Source of the DNA: Nitrosopumilus sp.
Lineage (GTDB): Archaea; Thermoproteota; Nitrososphaeria; Nitrososphaerales; Nitrosopumilaceae
Direction: 5' to 3'
NCBI GenBank assembly: GCA_965205215.1
Contig: OZ242041.1
Location: 1-64,000 of the forward strand
DNA: 64,000 nt
How positions within the stretch are numbered: position 1 is the stretch's first letter; each line of letters opens with the position of its first letter. Below the pieces are notes generated by a model, which was not told where the DNA came from, did not search any database, and was given only the letters and a program-made list of their open reading frames with translations. A program made the position numbers and the translations under genes. Positions 58,101 through 64,000 of the stretch are shown piece by piece.

Positions 58101-61100
58101 CAGGATCGTGACGACCGCGGCGTCCGAGGCGGTCGCGCCGTACTGGTCGGTGACGCTCAGGGTAAAGGTGACGGTGGTGCTGCTGGCGTAGACCACCGGG
58201 GCGGCAAACGAGGGGGACAGTGCAGACGGGTCGTCCAGCGTGATGCCCAGGTCCGGCCTGTCGTGCGTCCACGAGTAGGCCAGGGCGTACTCGGAGCCGG
58301 AGGCCGAGCCCGCCAGGGTCACCTCGGAGCCCTCCCCGACTGCCAGGTCGGCTCCGGCGTCGGCGGCCAGGTCGGCGTTGGCGCCGTCCGGGATGGTGAT
58401 TGTGACGGTGTCAGATACGGTGGCCCTCCCGTCGGTGACCGTCAGGGTGAACTCGACGGCGGTGGCCCCCAGGACGTCGGGCGCGGCAAACGAGGGGGAC
58501 AGTGCAGACGGGTCGTCCAGCGTGACGTTCAGGTCCGGCCTGTCGTGGGTCCACGAATATGCCAGGACGTCCCCCGGGTCGGCGTCAGTGGCGGTCCCGG
58601 CCAGCGTGACGGTCTCGCCCTCGGCCACGGTCCGGTCGGCGCCCGCGTCGACTGCCGGCGGGCTGTTGACCTGCCCCACGACGGTGATGATCGCGTCCCC
58701 GCTCCAGGCGCCGGAGGGGCCTGCGTCGTAGCGGGCCAGCAGCCTCACCTTGTAGGGCTGGTCCTCCTCCAGGCCGGTGATGGTGTGGCGCGGCTCGGCC
58801 GGGAAGGCGTTGCCCGACAGGTCCTCAAAGCCCCTGTAGGGCTCGCCCACCTTGGCCCAGGATATCCGGTAGTCGGCGGGGCCGTCGGTGGGAGGCTCCC
58901 AGGAGGCCTCCAGCGCCCCGGGGGCCGAGCTGGACAGGGTGATCCTGCCTATGTCGCGGGGCCCTGGCGGCCCGGACGGCTCCAGCACGGCGGTGTTTAC
59001 GGGCGGGTCGTTGGCCGGATCGTTCAGGATTGTGACGACCGCGGCGTCCGAACCGGTCGCGTTGTACTGGTCGGTGGCGCTCAGGGTAAAGGTGACGGTG
59101 GCGTTGCCGGCGTAGAGCCGGGGGGCGGCAAACGAGGTGGACAGTGCAGCCGCGTCGTCCAGTGCGATGCCCAGATCCGGCCGGTCGTGCGTCCACGAGT
59201 AGGCCAGGACGTCCCCGGGGTAGGCGCCGGAGGCCGTTCCGGCCAGGAACACCTCGGATCCCTCTGCCACAGTCTGGTCGGCGCCGGCGCCGACAGTCGG
59301 ATGGCCCCTGGCGGATCCCGCGACGGTGATGATCGCGTCCCCGCTCCAGGCGCCGGAGGCGCCGTTGTAGACGGCGCGCATCTTCACCTTGTAGGGCTGG
59401 CCCTCCTCCAGGCCGGTGATGGTGTGGCGCGGCTCGGTCGGGTAGGCGTTGCCCGACAGGTCCTCAAATCCCCTGTAGGACTCGCCCGCCCTGGCCCAGG
59501 ATATCCGGTAGTTGGCGGGGCTGTCGGAGGGCTCCTCCCAGGAGGCCTCCAGCGCCCCGGGTACCGAGCTGGACAGGGTGATCCTGCCTATGTCGCGGGG
59601 CCCTGGCGGCCCGGGCGGCTCCAGCACGACGGTGTCTGACGGGTCGTTGGCAGGATCGTTCAGTATTGTGACGAGCGCGGTGTCCGAGGCGGCGGCCCCG
59701 AGGCTGTCGGTGACGGTCAGCGTAAAGGAGACGGGCGTGTCGGCGGTGACGTTGGGGGCGGTGAACGACGGGGAGAGCGTGTCGGCGCCCGAGACGGCGA
59801 TGCCCAGGTCCGGCCGGTCGTGGGTCCACCGGTAGGCGGGGGCATAGTAGTCCGAGCCGGTGGCGGCGCCCTCCAGGGTCACCCCGGAGCCCTCGGCCGC
59901 TGTCAGGTCGGCCCCGGCGTCGGCCGTCGGGGCGGCCGTATGGAGCACATCTATGGGCCGGTCGGCGGTGCCGGCTATCCCGCGGCCGGACAGGCCAAAG
60001 ACTGCGTCCTCGTCGACGTCCAGCTGGGGAGCGGACATGGCCGCCACCTCCGAGCGCTGCGCGTCGGCCAGCACGAAGGTGAGGGTGGCGCCGGAGGCCG
60101 GCCCCGCCTGGGCGCCGTCCAGCCGGACGCCGCCGGCGTCCCGGCCCTGCTCGCGGACGTGCAGGCGATCATGGTTGGCCGTCCCGTTGAGCGGCTCGCT
60201 GAAGGTGATGGTGAGCCTGCCGTCGCCTGTCGCGTAGGCGGCCGAGGCAAGCTCGGGTTCGGTGGAGGTGACCGTGACGGTCCTGGTGGCGGGGTCGGCG
60301 CCAAAGTACACCCCGGCGGCCAGGATTCTCACCTGGTGCTCGCCCGCCTCCAGTCCGAGGCCCGGCCTGAGCCGCAGGACGCCGTCGGCGTCCACCTCGA
60401 ACTTGTCGGAGTTGGGGCCGGCAGGGTCCACCGCGTAGGCCGGGCGGTGGCCGGCCAGGTACTCGTTCTGCGGCGAGATTGTGCCGACTGCCCCCCCGGC
60501 GGCGAGGGCATGGCCGTCCAGTGTGACATACCAGGGGCCCAGGTCCTGGTCAAAGAGGGTGGCGCCGCTGAACATGTTGTCCATGTAGAGTACAGAGGAG
60601 ACGTCCCATCCGGAGACGTCCTGGTTGAAGGAGGAGGCCCTGTTGAACATGTACTCCATGTAGAGTACAGAGGAGACGTCCCATCCGGAGACGTCCTGGT
60701 CAAAGGAGGAGGCGCCGTCGAACATGGCGAACGTTTCGGTGACGGCGCCGACGTCCCATCCGGAGATGTCCTGGTCAAAGGAGGAGGCGCCCGCGAACAT
60801 GATGGCCATGCTGGTCACCTGCGAGACGTCCCATCCGGAGACGTCCTGGTCAAAGGAGGAGGCGCCGCTGAACATGTTGCCCATGTCGGTGACGCCGGAC
60901 ACGTCCCAGGCGGACAGGTCGCCGTCAAAGGAGGAGGCGCCCGCGAACATGGATCGCATGTCGGTCACGCCCGAGACGTCCCAGGATGACAGGTTGCCGT
61001 CAAAGGAGGAGGCGCCGTTGAACATCGAGACCGTGCTGTCCACCCCGGTCAGGTCGGGCGCGTCGGCCGCCCGGTAGACCATGTTGGCGGCCCCGGCAAA

Positions 61101-61685
61101 CGCCCCGTCCATGTCAGTCCAGGAGATGGCGCCCCACTGGTCTATCGAGGCCAGACTGGCGGCGTTGGCCCTGTCGCCGGCCAGGGAGATCCTCTCAAAG
61201 CCGCCGGTGATCGAGACGGTGTGGTTGCCGGGCTGCCCGTAGGTGTGCGTCTGGTCGCCGGAGACGCCGGTCTGGACGGTGCCGTCGCCCCAGTCGATGT
61301 TATAGGAGGCCGTCGAGCCCCCGACGGGGATGGTTATCGTCTGGTCGGCGGCGGTGGTCCTCCAGGTGGTGACAAACGGGCCGGTCCCGGACTCGGCAAA
61401 CGCGTAGCCGGGCAGCAGTCCGTCCCCGGCCAAATCCAGCGCGGGCATCAGCATGGATCCGTGCCCCGCCGGATGCGGCGCCGTGTGCGGCCCAAGATCC
61501 TGCTGCGTCAGCAGGTAACCCGCAGACGCGGCTGCCAGCAGCAGCAGCGCCGCCGCCAGCACGGCCATCATCAGGAGTCCCGACGTGCCGCTGCGCCCCT
61601 GTCCCGGCCGCGCGCGCCAGGCCGCCTGCCGGCGCCGCGGACGCGGGATCGCCGCGCGGTTTGATCCAAAATGCGTTATGTTCAT
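46149..61685 (-). CDS. Giant secreted repeat protein A (~5180 aa): 3 DUF285/BspA-type blocks, >30 PKD-like domains, 6 FN3 domains
   Basis: Leader ending PGYAFA-E; 25-aa WDVS.VT.M..MF..A.SF repeats; ATG 61685 preferred, ORF open to 61733. Confidence 0.9.
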   Translation of the reverse strand: MNITHFGSNRAAIPRPRRRQAAWRARPGQGRSGTSGLLMMAVLAAALLLLAAASAGYLLTQQDLGPHTAPHPAGHGSMLMPALDLAGDGLLPGYAFAESGTGPFVTTWRTTAADQTITIPVGGSTASYNIDWGDGTVQTGVSGDQTHTYGQPGNHTVSITGGFERISLAGDRANAASLASIDQWGAISWTDMDGAFAGAANMVYRAADAPDLTGVDSTVSMFNGASSFDGNLSSWDVSGVTDMRSMFAGASSFDGDLSAWDVSGVTDMGNMFSGASSFDQDVSGWDVSQVTSMAIMFAGASSFDQDISGWDVGAVTETFAMFDGASSFDQDVSGWDVSSVLYMEYMFNRASSFNQDVSGWDVSSVLYMDNMFSGATLFDQDLGPWYVTLDGHALAAGGAVGTISPQNEYLAGHRPAYAVDPAGPNSDKFEVDADGVLRLRPGLGLEAGEHQVRILAAGVYFGADPATRTVTVTSTEPELASAAYATGDGRLTITFSEPLNGTANHDRLHVREQGRDAGGVRLDGAQAGPASGATLTFVLADAQRSEVAAMSAPQLDVDEDAVFGLSGRGIAGTADRPIDVLHTAAPTADAGADLTAAEGSGVTLEGAATGSDYYAPAYRWTHDRPDLGIAVSGADTLSPSFTAPNVTADTPVSFTLTVTDSLGAAASDTALVTILNDPANDPSDTVVLEPPGPPGPRDIGRITLSSSVPGALEASWEEPSDSPANYRISWARAGESYRGFEDLSGNAYPTEPRHTITGLEEGQPYKVKMRAVYNGASGAWSGDAIITVAGSARGHPTVGAGADQTVAEGSEVFLAGTASGAYPGDVLAYSWTHDRPDLGIALDDAAALSTSFAAPRLYAGNATVTFTLSATDQYNATGSDAAVVTILNDPANDPPVNTAVLEPSGPPGPRDIGRITLSSSAPGALEASWEPPTDGPADYRISWAKVGEPYRGFEDLSGNAFPAEPRHTITGLEEDQPYKVRLLARYDAGPSGAWSGDAIITVVGQVNSPPAVDAGADRTVAEGETVTLAGTATDADPGDVLAYSWTHDRPDLNVTLDDPSALSPSFAAPDVLGATAVEFTLTVTDGRATVSDTVTITIPDGANADLAADAGADLAVGEGSEVTLAGSASGSEYALAYSWTHDRPDLGITLDDPSALSPSFAAPVVYASSTTVTFTLSVTDQYGATASDAAVVTILNDPANDPPVNTAVLEPPSPRDSRDIGRITLVSSVPGVLEASWEPPTEGPAGYRVTWAKVGESYPSFRDPDGNAYPTEPDHTITGLEAGQPYKVQVRATYSGTSGAWSGDAIITVTGSANSPPAVDAGADRTVAEGDTVTLAGTATDADPGDVLAYSWTHDRPDLGITLDDPSAPSPSFAAPDVLGATAVEFTLTVTDGTDTASDTVTITIPDGANAGLAADAGADLAVVEGSEVTLEGSASGSEYALAYSWTHDRPDLGITLDDPAAPSASFAAPRLYAGNATVTFTLSVTDSYGGAASDAAVVTILNDPANDPPVNTAVLEPSGPPGPRDIGRITLVSSVPGVLEASWEPPSEGPADYRISWARAGEPYKGFEDLSGNAFPAEPRHTITGLEEDQPYKVRLLARYDGAPSGDWSGDATVTVTGSAPANRPPAADAGPDQSVAEGDTVTLAGTASDADPGDVLDYTWTHNGTAAIQMSGAGTLSPSFVAPEVDADVTIEFTLTVTDGTSTISDTVTITIADVPPAARDVLDGHSFVTTWRTTAPGEQVSIPVGGSTAAYDIDWGDGTVQTGVSGDRTHAYGQPGNHTISITGGFERISLAGDPANAARLASIDQWGDIPWTTMDRAFMGASNMAYRAADAPDLSGAGSTASMFSGASSFDGDVSGWDVSGIADMSYMFYGASSFDGDVSGWDVSAVTDMSGMFSGASSFDGNVSGWDVSAVTSMPAMFSGASSFDRDVSGWDVSAVTNMNAMFSGASSFDGNVSGWDVSAVTNMNIMFYGASSFDGDVSGWDVSAVTSMSGMFDGASSFDRDVSGWDVSAVTDTSYMFSGASSFDQDISPWNVSAAADMSSMFDGATLFDQDLGPWYVTLDGHTIAASDGAAGTILPQNGYLAGHNPAYTVDPAGPNSDKFEVDADGVLRLRPGLGLEAGEHQVRIRADGADFGADPATGTVTVATAGILPNNPPAVEAGPDQSVTEGETVALAGTATDADPEDVLAYAWTRNGTLAITLDGGDTPTPSFTAPNVDSDVPVEFTLTVTDGLSTTSDTMTVTISDSANSPPAADAGSDQSVAEGSEVTLTGTSSDADPEDTLAYTWTHNGTLAITLDDAAALSTSFTAPNVVSATPVEFTLTVTDGTSTTSDTMTVTISDSANSPPAVDAGADQSVAEGSEVTLTGTSSDADPEDVLAYAWTHNGTLAITLDDAAALSTSFTAPNVVSATPVEFTLTVTDGTSTTSDTMTVTISDSANSPPAADAGSDQSVAEGSEVTLTGTATDADPEDTLDYAWTHNGSSTITLDGGDTLSPSFTAPNVVSDVPVEFTLTVTDGTSTTSDTMTVTISDSANSPPAADAGSDQSVAEGDTVTLAGTATDADPEDTLAYSWTHNGSSTITLDGGDTLSPSFTAPNVVSATPVEFTLTVTDGTSTTSDTMTVTISDSANSPPAADAGSDQSVAEGSEVTLTGTATDADPEDTLVYTWTHNGTLAITLDDAAALSTSFTAPNVVSATPVEFTLTVTDGTSTTSDTMTVTISDSANSPPAADAGSDQSVAEGDTVTLAGTATDADPEDTLVYTWTHNGTLAITLDDAAALSTSFTAPNVVSATPVEFTLTVTDGTSTTSDTMTVTIEDSANSPPAVEAGPDQSVAEGDTVTLAGTATDADPEDTLAYTWTHNGTLAITLDDAAALSPSFTAPNVVSATPVEFTLTVTDGTSTTSDTMTVTISDSANSPPAVDAGADQSVAEGSEVTLTGTSSDADPEDTLVYTWTHNGTLAITLDDAAALSTSFTAPNVVSATPVEFTLTVTDGTSTTSDTMTVTISDSANSPPAADAGSDQSVAEGSEVTLTGTATDADPEDTLDYAWTHNGSSTITLDGGDTLSPSFTAPNVVSATPVEFTLTVTDGTSTTSDTMTVTIEDSANSPPAVEAGPDQSVAEGDTVTLAGTATDADPEDTLAYTWTHNGTLAITLDDAAALSPSFTAPNVVSDVPVEFTLTVTDGTSTTSDTMTVTISDSANSPPAVDAGADQSVAEGSEVTLTGTATDADPEDTLDYAWTHNGTLAITLDDAAALSPSFTAPNVVSDVPVEFTLTVTDGTSTTSDTMTVTISDSANSPPAVDAGADQSVAEGSEVTLTGTATDADPEDTLDYAWTHNGTLAITLDDAAALSPSFTAPNVVSDVPVEFTLTVTDGTSTTSDTMTVTISDSANSPPAVDAGADQSVAEGSEVTLTGTATDADPEDTLDYAWTHNGTLAITLDDAAALSPSFTAPNVVSDTPVEFTLTVTDGTSTISDTMTVTISDSANSPPAVEAGPDQSVAEGDTVTLAGTATDADPEDTLAYSWTHNGSSTITLDGGDTPTPSFTAPNVVSDTPVEFTLTVTDGTSTTSDTMTVTISDSANSPPAADAGSDQSVAEGSEVTLTGTATDADPEDVLAYAWTHNGSSTITLDGGDTPTPSFTAPNVVSATPVEFTLTVTDGTSTTSDTMTVTISDSANSPPAADAGSDQSVAEGSEVTLTGTATDADPEDVLAYAWTHNGTLAITLDGGDTLSPSFTAPNVVSDTPVVFTLTVTDGTSTTSDTMTVTISDSANSPPAADAGSDQSVAEGSEVTLTGTATDADPEDVLAYAWTHNGTLAITLDGGDTLSPSFTAPNVVSATPVEFTLTVTDGTSTTSDTMTVTISDSANSPPAADAGSDQSVAEGSEVTLTGTATDADPEDVLAYAWTHNGTLAITLDGGDTLSPSFTAPNVVSDTPVVFTLTVTDGTSTISDTMTVTISDSANSPPAADAGSDQSVAEGSEVTLTGTATDADPEDVLAYAWTHNGTLAITLDGGDTLSPSFTAPNVVSATPVEFTLTVTDGTSTTSDTMTVTISDSANSPPAADAGSDQSVAEGSEVTLTGTATDADPEDVLAYAWTHNGTLAITLDGGDTLSPSFTAPNVVSDTPVVFTLTVTDGTSTTSDTMTVTISDSANTDPAQARGAPDGSSFVTTWRTTQPGESITIPASGQYTISWGDGQVDTGVSGTRTHSYDVPGTYTVSISDGITRIVLDGHPDAKKLVSIEQWGSARWESMDSAFAWAANMVYRATDVPNLSRVTDMDRMFHRAASFNGDISDWDVSAATTMSAMFRSASSFDQPLNAWDVSSVTDMSDMFAGARSFDQPLNAWDVSSVTDMSAMFVSARSFDQPLNAWDVSSVTDMSRMFHASSFDQDISSWDVSSVTDMSHMFDIADSFDQPLNAWDVSAATTMSGMFLHADSFDQPLNAWDVSSVTDMSAMFAGATSFNGDISSWDVSGVASTAGMFDSAASFNGDISDWDVSAAADMSDMFRGAASFNGDISDWDVSAATTMMRMFAGASSFDQPLNAWDVSAAADLFGMFGRASSFNQDLSAWDVSAAADMSHMFTGASSFDQNLGSWYIVLDGAAARDGDEALTVGHISAQNAFLDGQGPTYGLGPDADSSSFEIENSTLRLKPAPDGHAKSSYTVTITSTGDFGAGNSRTLEVTVPGPPANRQPTADAGPDLAVAEGDTVTLAGTAADADPGDVLVYSWTHNGTLAIQVAGSDTLTPSFTAPPVDSDVPVEFTLTVTDGTAASTDTATVTVSDVPAVSLPPTADAGPDLTVAEGSAVTLSGIAIHAGDRPATYSWSHDSALGIPITGSDTLTPSFTAPNVDSDTAVTFTLSVTDPRNATATDSVIITIADGANSPPTAGAGSDRAVAEGNAVALAGTAYDADPGDTLAYTWTHDSALGIPITGSDTLAPSFVAPLVDADTPVTFTLSVTDTRNATATATVIITITDIPPSSVPGSPRGLSVSPAASGTLDVSWQPPPSDGGERITGYTVQWKEGAGSWDAPADIGQATVTGTAHSITGLADGTPYAVRVIAINAVGSGEPSPEAAATPRDPRHVGGITLSSTQPGTILASWDAPAEAPRDYRVSWAKAGDPYLTWTDLTGNAFPTEPSWTITGLEEDEEYKVKVRARYDGGGGPGDWSVEATIRVAGSGQG
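49231..55215. repeat. 21 tandem 285-bp units (95-aa PKD-like domains)
   Basis: TTGGCGCTGTCC anchor recurs at 49231, 49516 ... 54931 with exact 285-bp spacing. Confidence 0.93.
56830..59880. repeat. Tandem PKD/FN3 super-repeat (~921-924 bp period)
   Basis: Four FN3 copies (PRDIGRITL/SRDIGRITL) interleaved with WTHDRPDL-type PKD domains. Confidence 0.8.
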
Positions 61686-61690
61686 TTTAT

Positions 61691-61718
61691 GGCTTTCATA
61701 ATGCCCATTATGATGCGG
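61691..61718. promoter_or_regulatory. dif/Xer-like palindromic site 1
   Basis: GGCTTTCATAA-TGCCCA-TTATGATGCGG (11-6-11), 5 bp upstream of the gene A ATG. Confidence 0.55.
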
Positions 61719-61839
61719 GATTTGGAACCACATGCAGGTCCGGCGGGTTCATCACATTCGAAATCCTGCATCATAACGCGCGGGGGCGGGCAGCCCACTT
61801 CGTAATGTTTTTATGTATTTTATGCAAACGTTCAACATC

Positions 61840-61867
61840 GTGTATGATAATGGGCATTATGACGCCA
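61840..61867. promoter_or_regulatory. dif/Xer-like palindromic site 2 (inverted relative to site 1)
   Basis: GTGTATGATAA-TGGGCA-TTATGACGCCA; spacer is the reverse complement of the site 1 spacer. Confidence 0.55.
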
Positions 61868-61973
61868 AAATAGAGCTATAGTGCCGGATATATTGCATAA
61901 TTCACGTCCATAACCATGGCCGGGATCAAAAGCCCTCAAGGGACAGACCTGCCAAGCAGAGGCGGACTTTGAT

Positions 61974-62034
61974 CCTTTTTTCTCCCCTTCTCACCTTCTC
62001 CCCTTCTCTCCCCCTCCCCCCCCCCCCACTCCCC
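61974..62034. repeat. Polypyrimidine tract with C12 run (62016-62027)
   Basis: ~60 nt almost purely C/T; minus strand has multiple G4+ runs. Confidence 0.7.
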
Positions 62035-62517
62035 GTACCACGCACGGCATGGCAGCGGCCAAGGCGGCCGGACCCGCGGCGCCGGCAGAGGACGGGGCCT
62101 CTCCCATGCACGGCGCCGGGTCCGGGCGCAGGTACCTCCCCCCTGCGCGGAGGGACGGCCGCCCCATGCACGAAAAACCAGAGGGGCGACGGCATGCGGC
62201 GCCGTACCGGCGGCGGCATGCGGCTCCCCGGGGCACGCGGCGCAGGGTTCGGCACGAAGGCACTCATCCGGTATGTCGCAGAAGTGAAGCGGCGGTTCGG
62301 AAATGGGCGCGGTCCCGGACGGGGCGCCCCACTCCCCACCTACGCGCGCGCGAGCTGCAAATGACGCGCCGCATGCGGCGCGTTGCGCAGCCTGCTGCCC
62401 GGATGCGCGCGGGGGCGCTTCCCAGCTGGGCCCGCCAGGCCGCAGCCCGGCAGGGTGGCGGCTTCCCATGATTGAACCGCACAACAGAAATAAACATGAT
62501 GGGCAAGAGTCTGGCAT

Positions 62518-64000
62518 ATGATCCGGGCGCAAAGGGCCCCGCTGCCTGGCGGCGCGGGTACAGGGGCGCTGCTGGTGCCCCTGGCGGTGGCAGTCGCGCT
62601 GACGGCAGTGGTTCTGGGGACGGCGCAGCCATACTTGCACAGCCTGTCCGGGGATGTCGACGCGCCATACCCGGACACGCCGGCCGCCGCCCCCGGGTGG
62701 CACGCCTTCGCGCAGTCCGTCCAGGCCGTGCTGGACCTGAGGCCGGCCGGCCACATCTCCGACGGCGATCCCGGCGCCCCGGAGCTCGACGGCGCGACAG
62801 ACATAGCCACATTCGAGACCGGCGGGCACGTCTACGCGGCCGTCGCGTCGTTTGACGACGACGGCGTCCAGATCCTCAACGTCACCGACCCGGCCAACGT
62901 CTCCGGGGTCGGTAGCATCACCGACGGCGATCCCGGCACCCCGGAGCTTGACACCGCAAGCGGCATCGCCACCTTCGAGGCCGGCGGGCACGTCTACGCG
63001 GCCGTCGCGTCAGACGCCGACGACGGCGTGCAGATCCTCAACCTCACCGACCCGGCCAACATCGCCGGGGTCGGCAGCGTCAACGACGGCGATCCCGGCG
63101 TCCCGGAGCTCGACGGCGCCCGCGGCATCGCCACATTCGAGACCGGCGGGCGCGTCTACGCGGCCGTCGCCGCGTCCGGCGACGACGCGGTCCAGATCCT
63201 CGACCTCACCGACCCGGCCAACGTCTCCGGGGCCGGCAGCATCACCGACGGAGATCCCGGCGCCCCGGCGCTCAACGGCGCAAGCGACATCGACACATTC
63301 GAGACCGGCGGGCACGTCTACGCGGCCGTCGCGTCAGACTACGACGATGCCGTCCAGATCCTCAACCTCACCGACCCGGCCAACATAGCCGGGACCGACA
63401 GCATCGCCGACGGCGATCCGGGCGGCCCGAGCATCGGCGGCGCGCTGGGCATCGCCACATTCGAGACCGGCGGGCACGTCTACGCGGCCGTCGCGTCGTT
63501 TGACGACGACGCAGTCCAGATCCTCAACGTCACCGACCCGGCCAACATCTCCGTGGCCGGCAGCATCGCCGACGGCGATCCCGGCGCCCCGGCGCTCAAC
63601 GGCGCGTTCGGCATCGCCACCTTCGAGATCGGAGAGCGGCACGTCTACGCGGCCGTCGCGTCAATCTACGATGATGCCGTCCAGATCCTCAACCTCACCG
63701 ACCCGGCCAACATCACCGGGGCCGGCCACGTCGCCGACGGCGATCCCGGCGCCCATGAGCTCGACGGCGCAAGCGACGTCACCACCTTTGAGACCGGCGG
63801 CCGCACCTACGCGGCCGTCACGTCATCCCGCGACAACGGAGTCCAGATCGTCCAGCTGGCCGCCGCGCGCGCCCCGCCGGCCGTCGACGCCGGCCCCGAC
63901 CAGGCCGTCCGGGAGGGAACCGAGGTCGCGCTCAACGGAACTGCCTCCGGCCCGGATCCCGGCGACAGCATCTCCTACCTGTGGAGCCACGACCGGCCCG
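62518..64000 (+). CDS. Secreted repeat protein D (3' truncated, absent from ORF track): 7x 54-aa LVIVD-like propeller repeats, then PKD-like domain
   Basis: MIRAQRAPL..LLVPLAVAVALTAVVLG..PGWHAFA-Q; DGDPG repeats at 62761, 62923, 63085, 63247, 63409, 63571, 63736; no stop before window end. Confidence 0.88.
   Translation, partial: MIRAQRAPLPGGAGTGALLVPLAVAVALTAVVLGTAQPYLHSLSGDVDAPYPDTPAAAPGWHAFAQSVQAVLDLRPAGHISDGDPGAPELDGATDIATFETGGHVYAAVASFDDDGVQILNVTDPANVSGVGSITDGDPGTPELDTASGIATFEAGGHVYAAVASDADDGVQILNLTDPANIAGVGSVNDGDPGVPELDGARGIATFETGGRVYAAVAASGDDAVQILDLTDPANVSGAGSITDGDPGAPALNGASDIDTFETGGHVYAAVASDYDDAVQILNLTDPANIAGTDSIADGDPGGPSIGGALGIATFETGGHVYAAVASFDDDAVQILNVTDPANISVAGSIADGDPGAPALNGAFGIATFEIGERHVYAAVASIYDDAVQILNLTDPANITGAGHVADGDPGAHELDGASDVTTFETGGRTYAAVTSSRDNGVQIVQLAAARAPPAVDAGPDQAVREGTEVALNGTASGPDPGDSISYLWSHDRP

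Noticed and set aside
54240-59639. 1799-aa plus-strand ORF and other long antisense ORFs (e.g. 48993-51191, 34424-37114, 27889-29532)
   Set aside because: Shadows of GC-rich repetitive minus-strand genes; V/G/R- or S/V/T-biased, no domain motifs
43990-61400. Diversity-generating retroelement behind the repeat variation
   Set aside because: No reverse transcriptase, no non-coding template copy, and substitutions are not visibly adenine-restricted
62472-62855. 127-aa ORF and 62852-63388 ORF as genes
   Set aside because: Off-frame readings of the real gene that starts at ATG 62518

Overview
High-GC archaeal chromosome segment. Gene content and order point to Nitrososphaerota/Nitrosopumilaceae; a host-associated, Cenarchaeum-like lineage is inferred from the giant repeat proteins. 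The window has three parts. (1) 1-21.6 kb is core: rnhB, fibrillarin-nop5, pyrD-pyrK, a Grs-like B12/radical SAM enzyme, rps30e, an S8 protease, radA, rpl21e-rpo4-DUF655-rsmA-HemK, an isocitrate/isopropylmalate-family dehydrogenase and phosphoesterases. Several of these carry low-complexity expansions. (2) tRNA-Ser(GCT) is followed by a largely AT-richer ~6 kb island: a small Zn-finger ORF, a GNAT toxin with an unannotated 46-aa partner, an IS481-type remnant, a possible HEPN-like protein, a PIN toxin with partner, and a frameshifted IS5-type element. (3) 27.7-64 kb holds a ~34 kb overlap-coupled minus-strand run of giant surface proteins (~5180, 3896 and ~1705 aa) ending in an LLM oxidoreductase, plus a fourth, divergent giant gene cut by the window edge. 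The most notable signals are all in part 3. Two inverted dif/Xer-like sites flank the promoter region between the divergent giant genes (candidate invertible switch). Long direct repeats would allow whole-gene excision and C-terminal tip swapping. Eight exactly-5-bladed propeller cassettes are inserted into an Ig-like scaffold, one pair circularly permuted and one scaffold copy empty. Repeat variation is confined to fixed positions. Together these suggest a recombination-driven surface-variation system; this is inference from sequence only, and no recombinase gene lies in the window.
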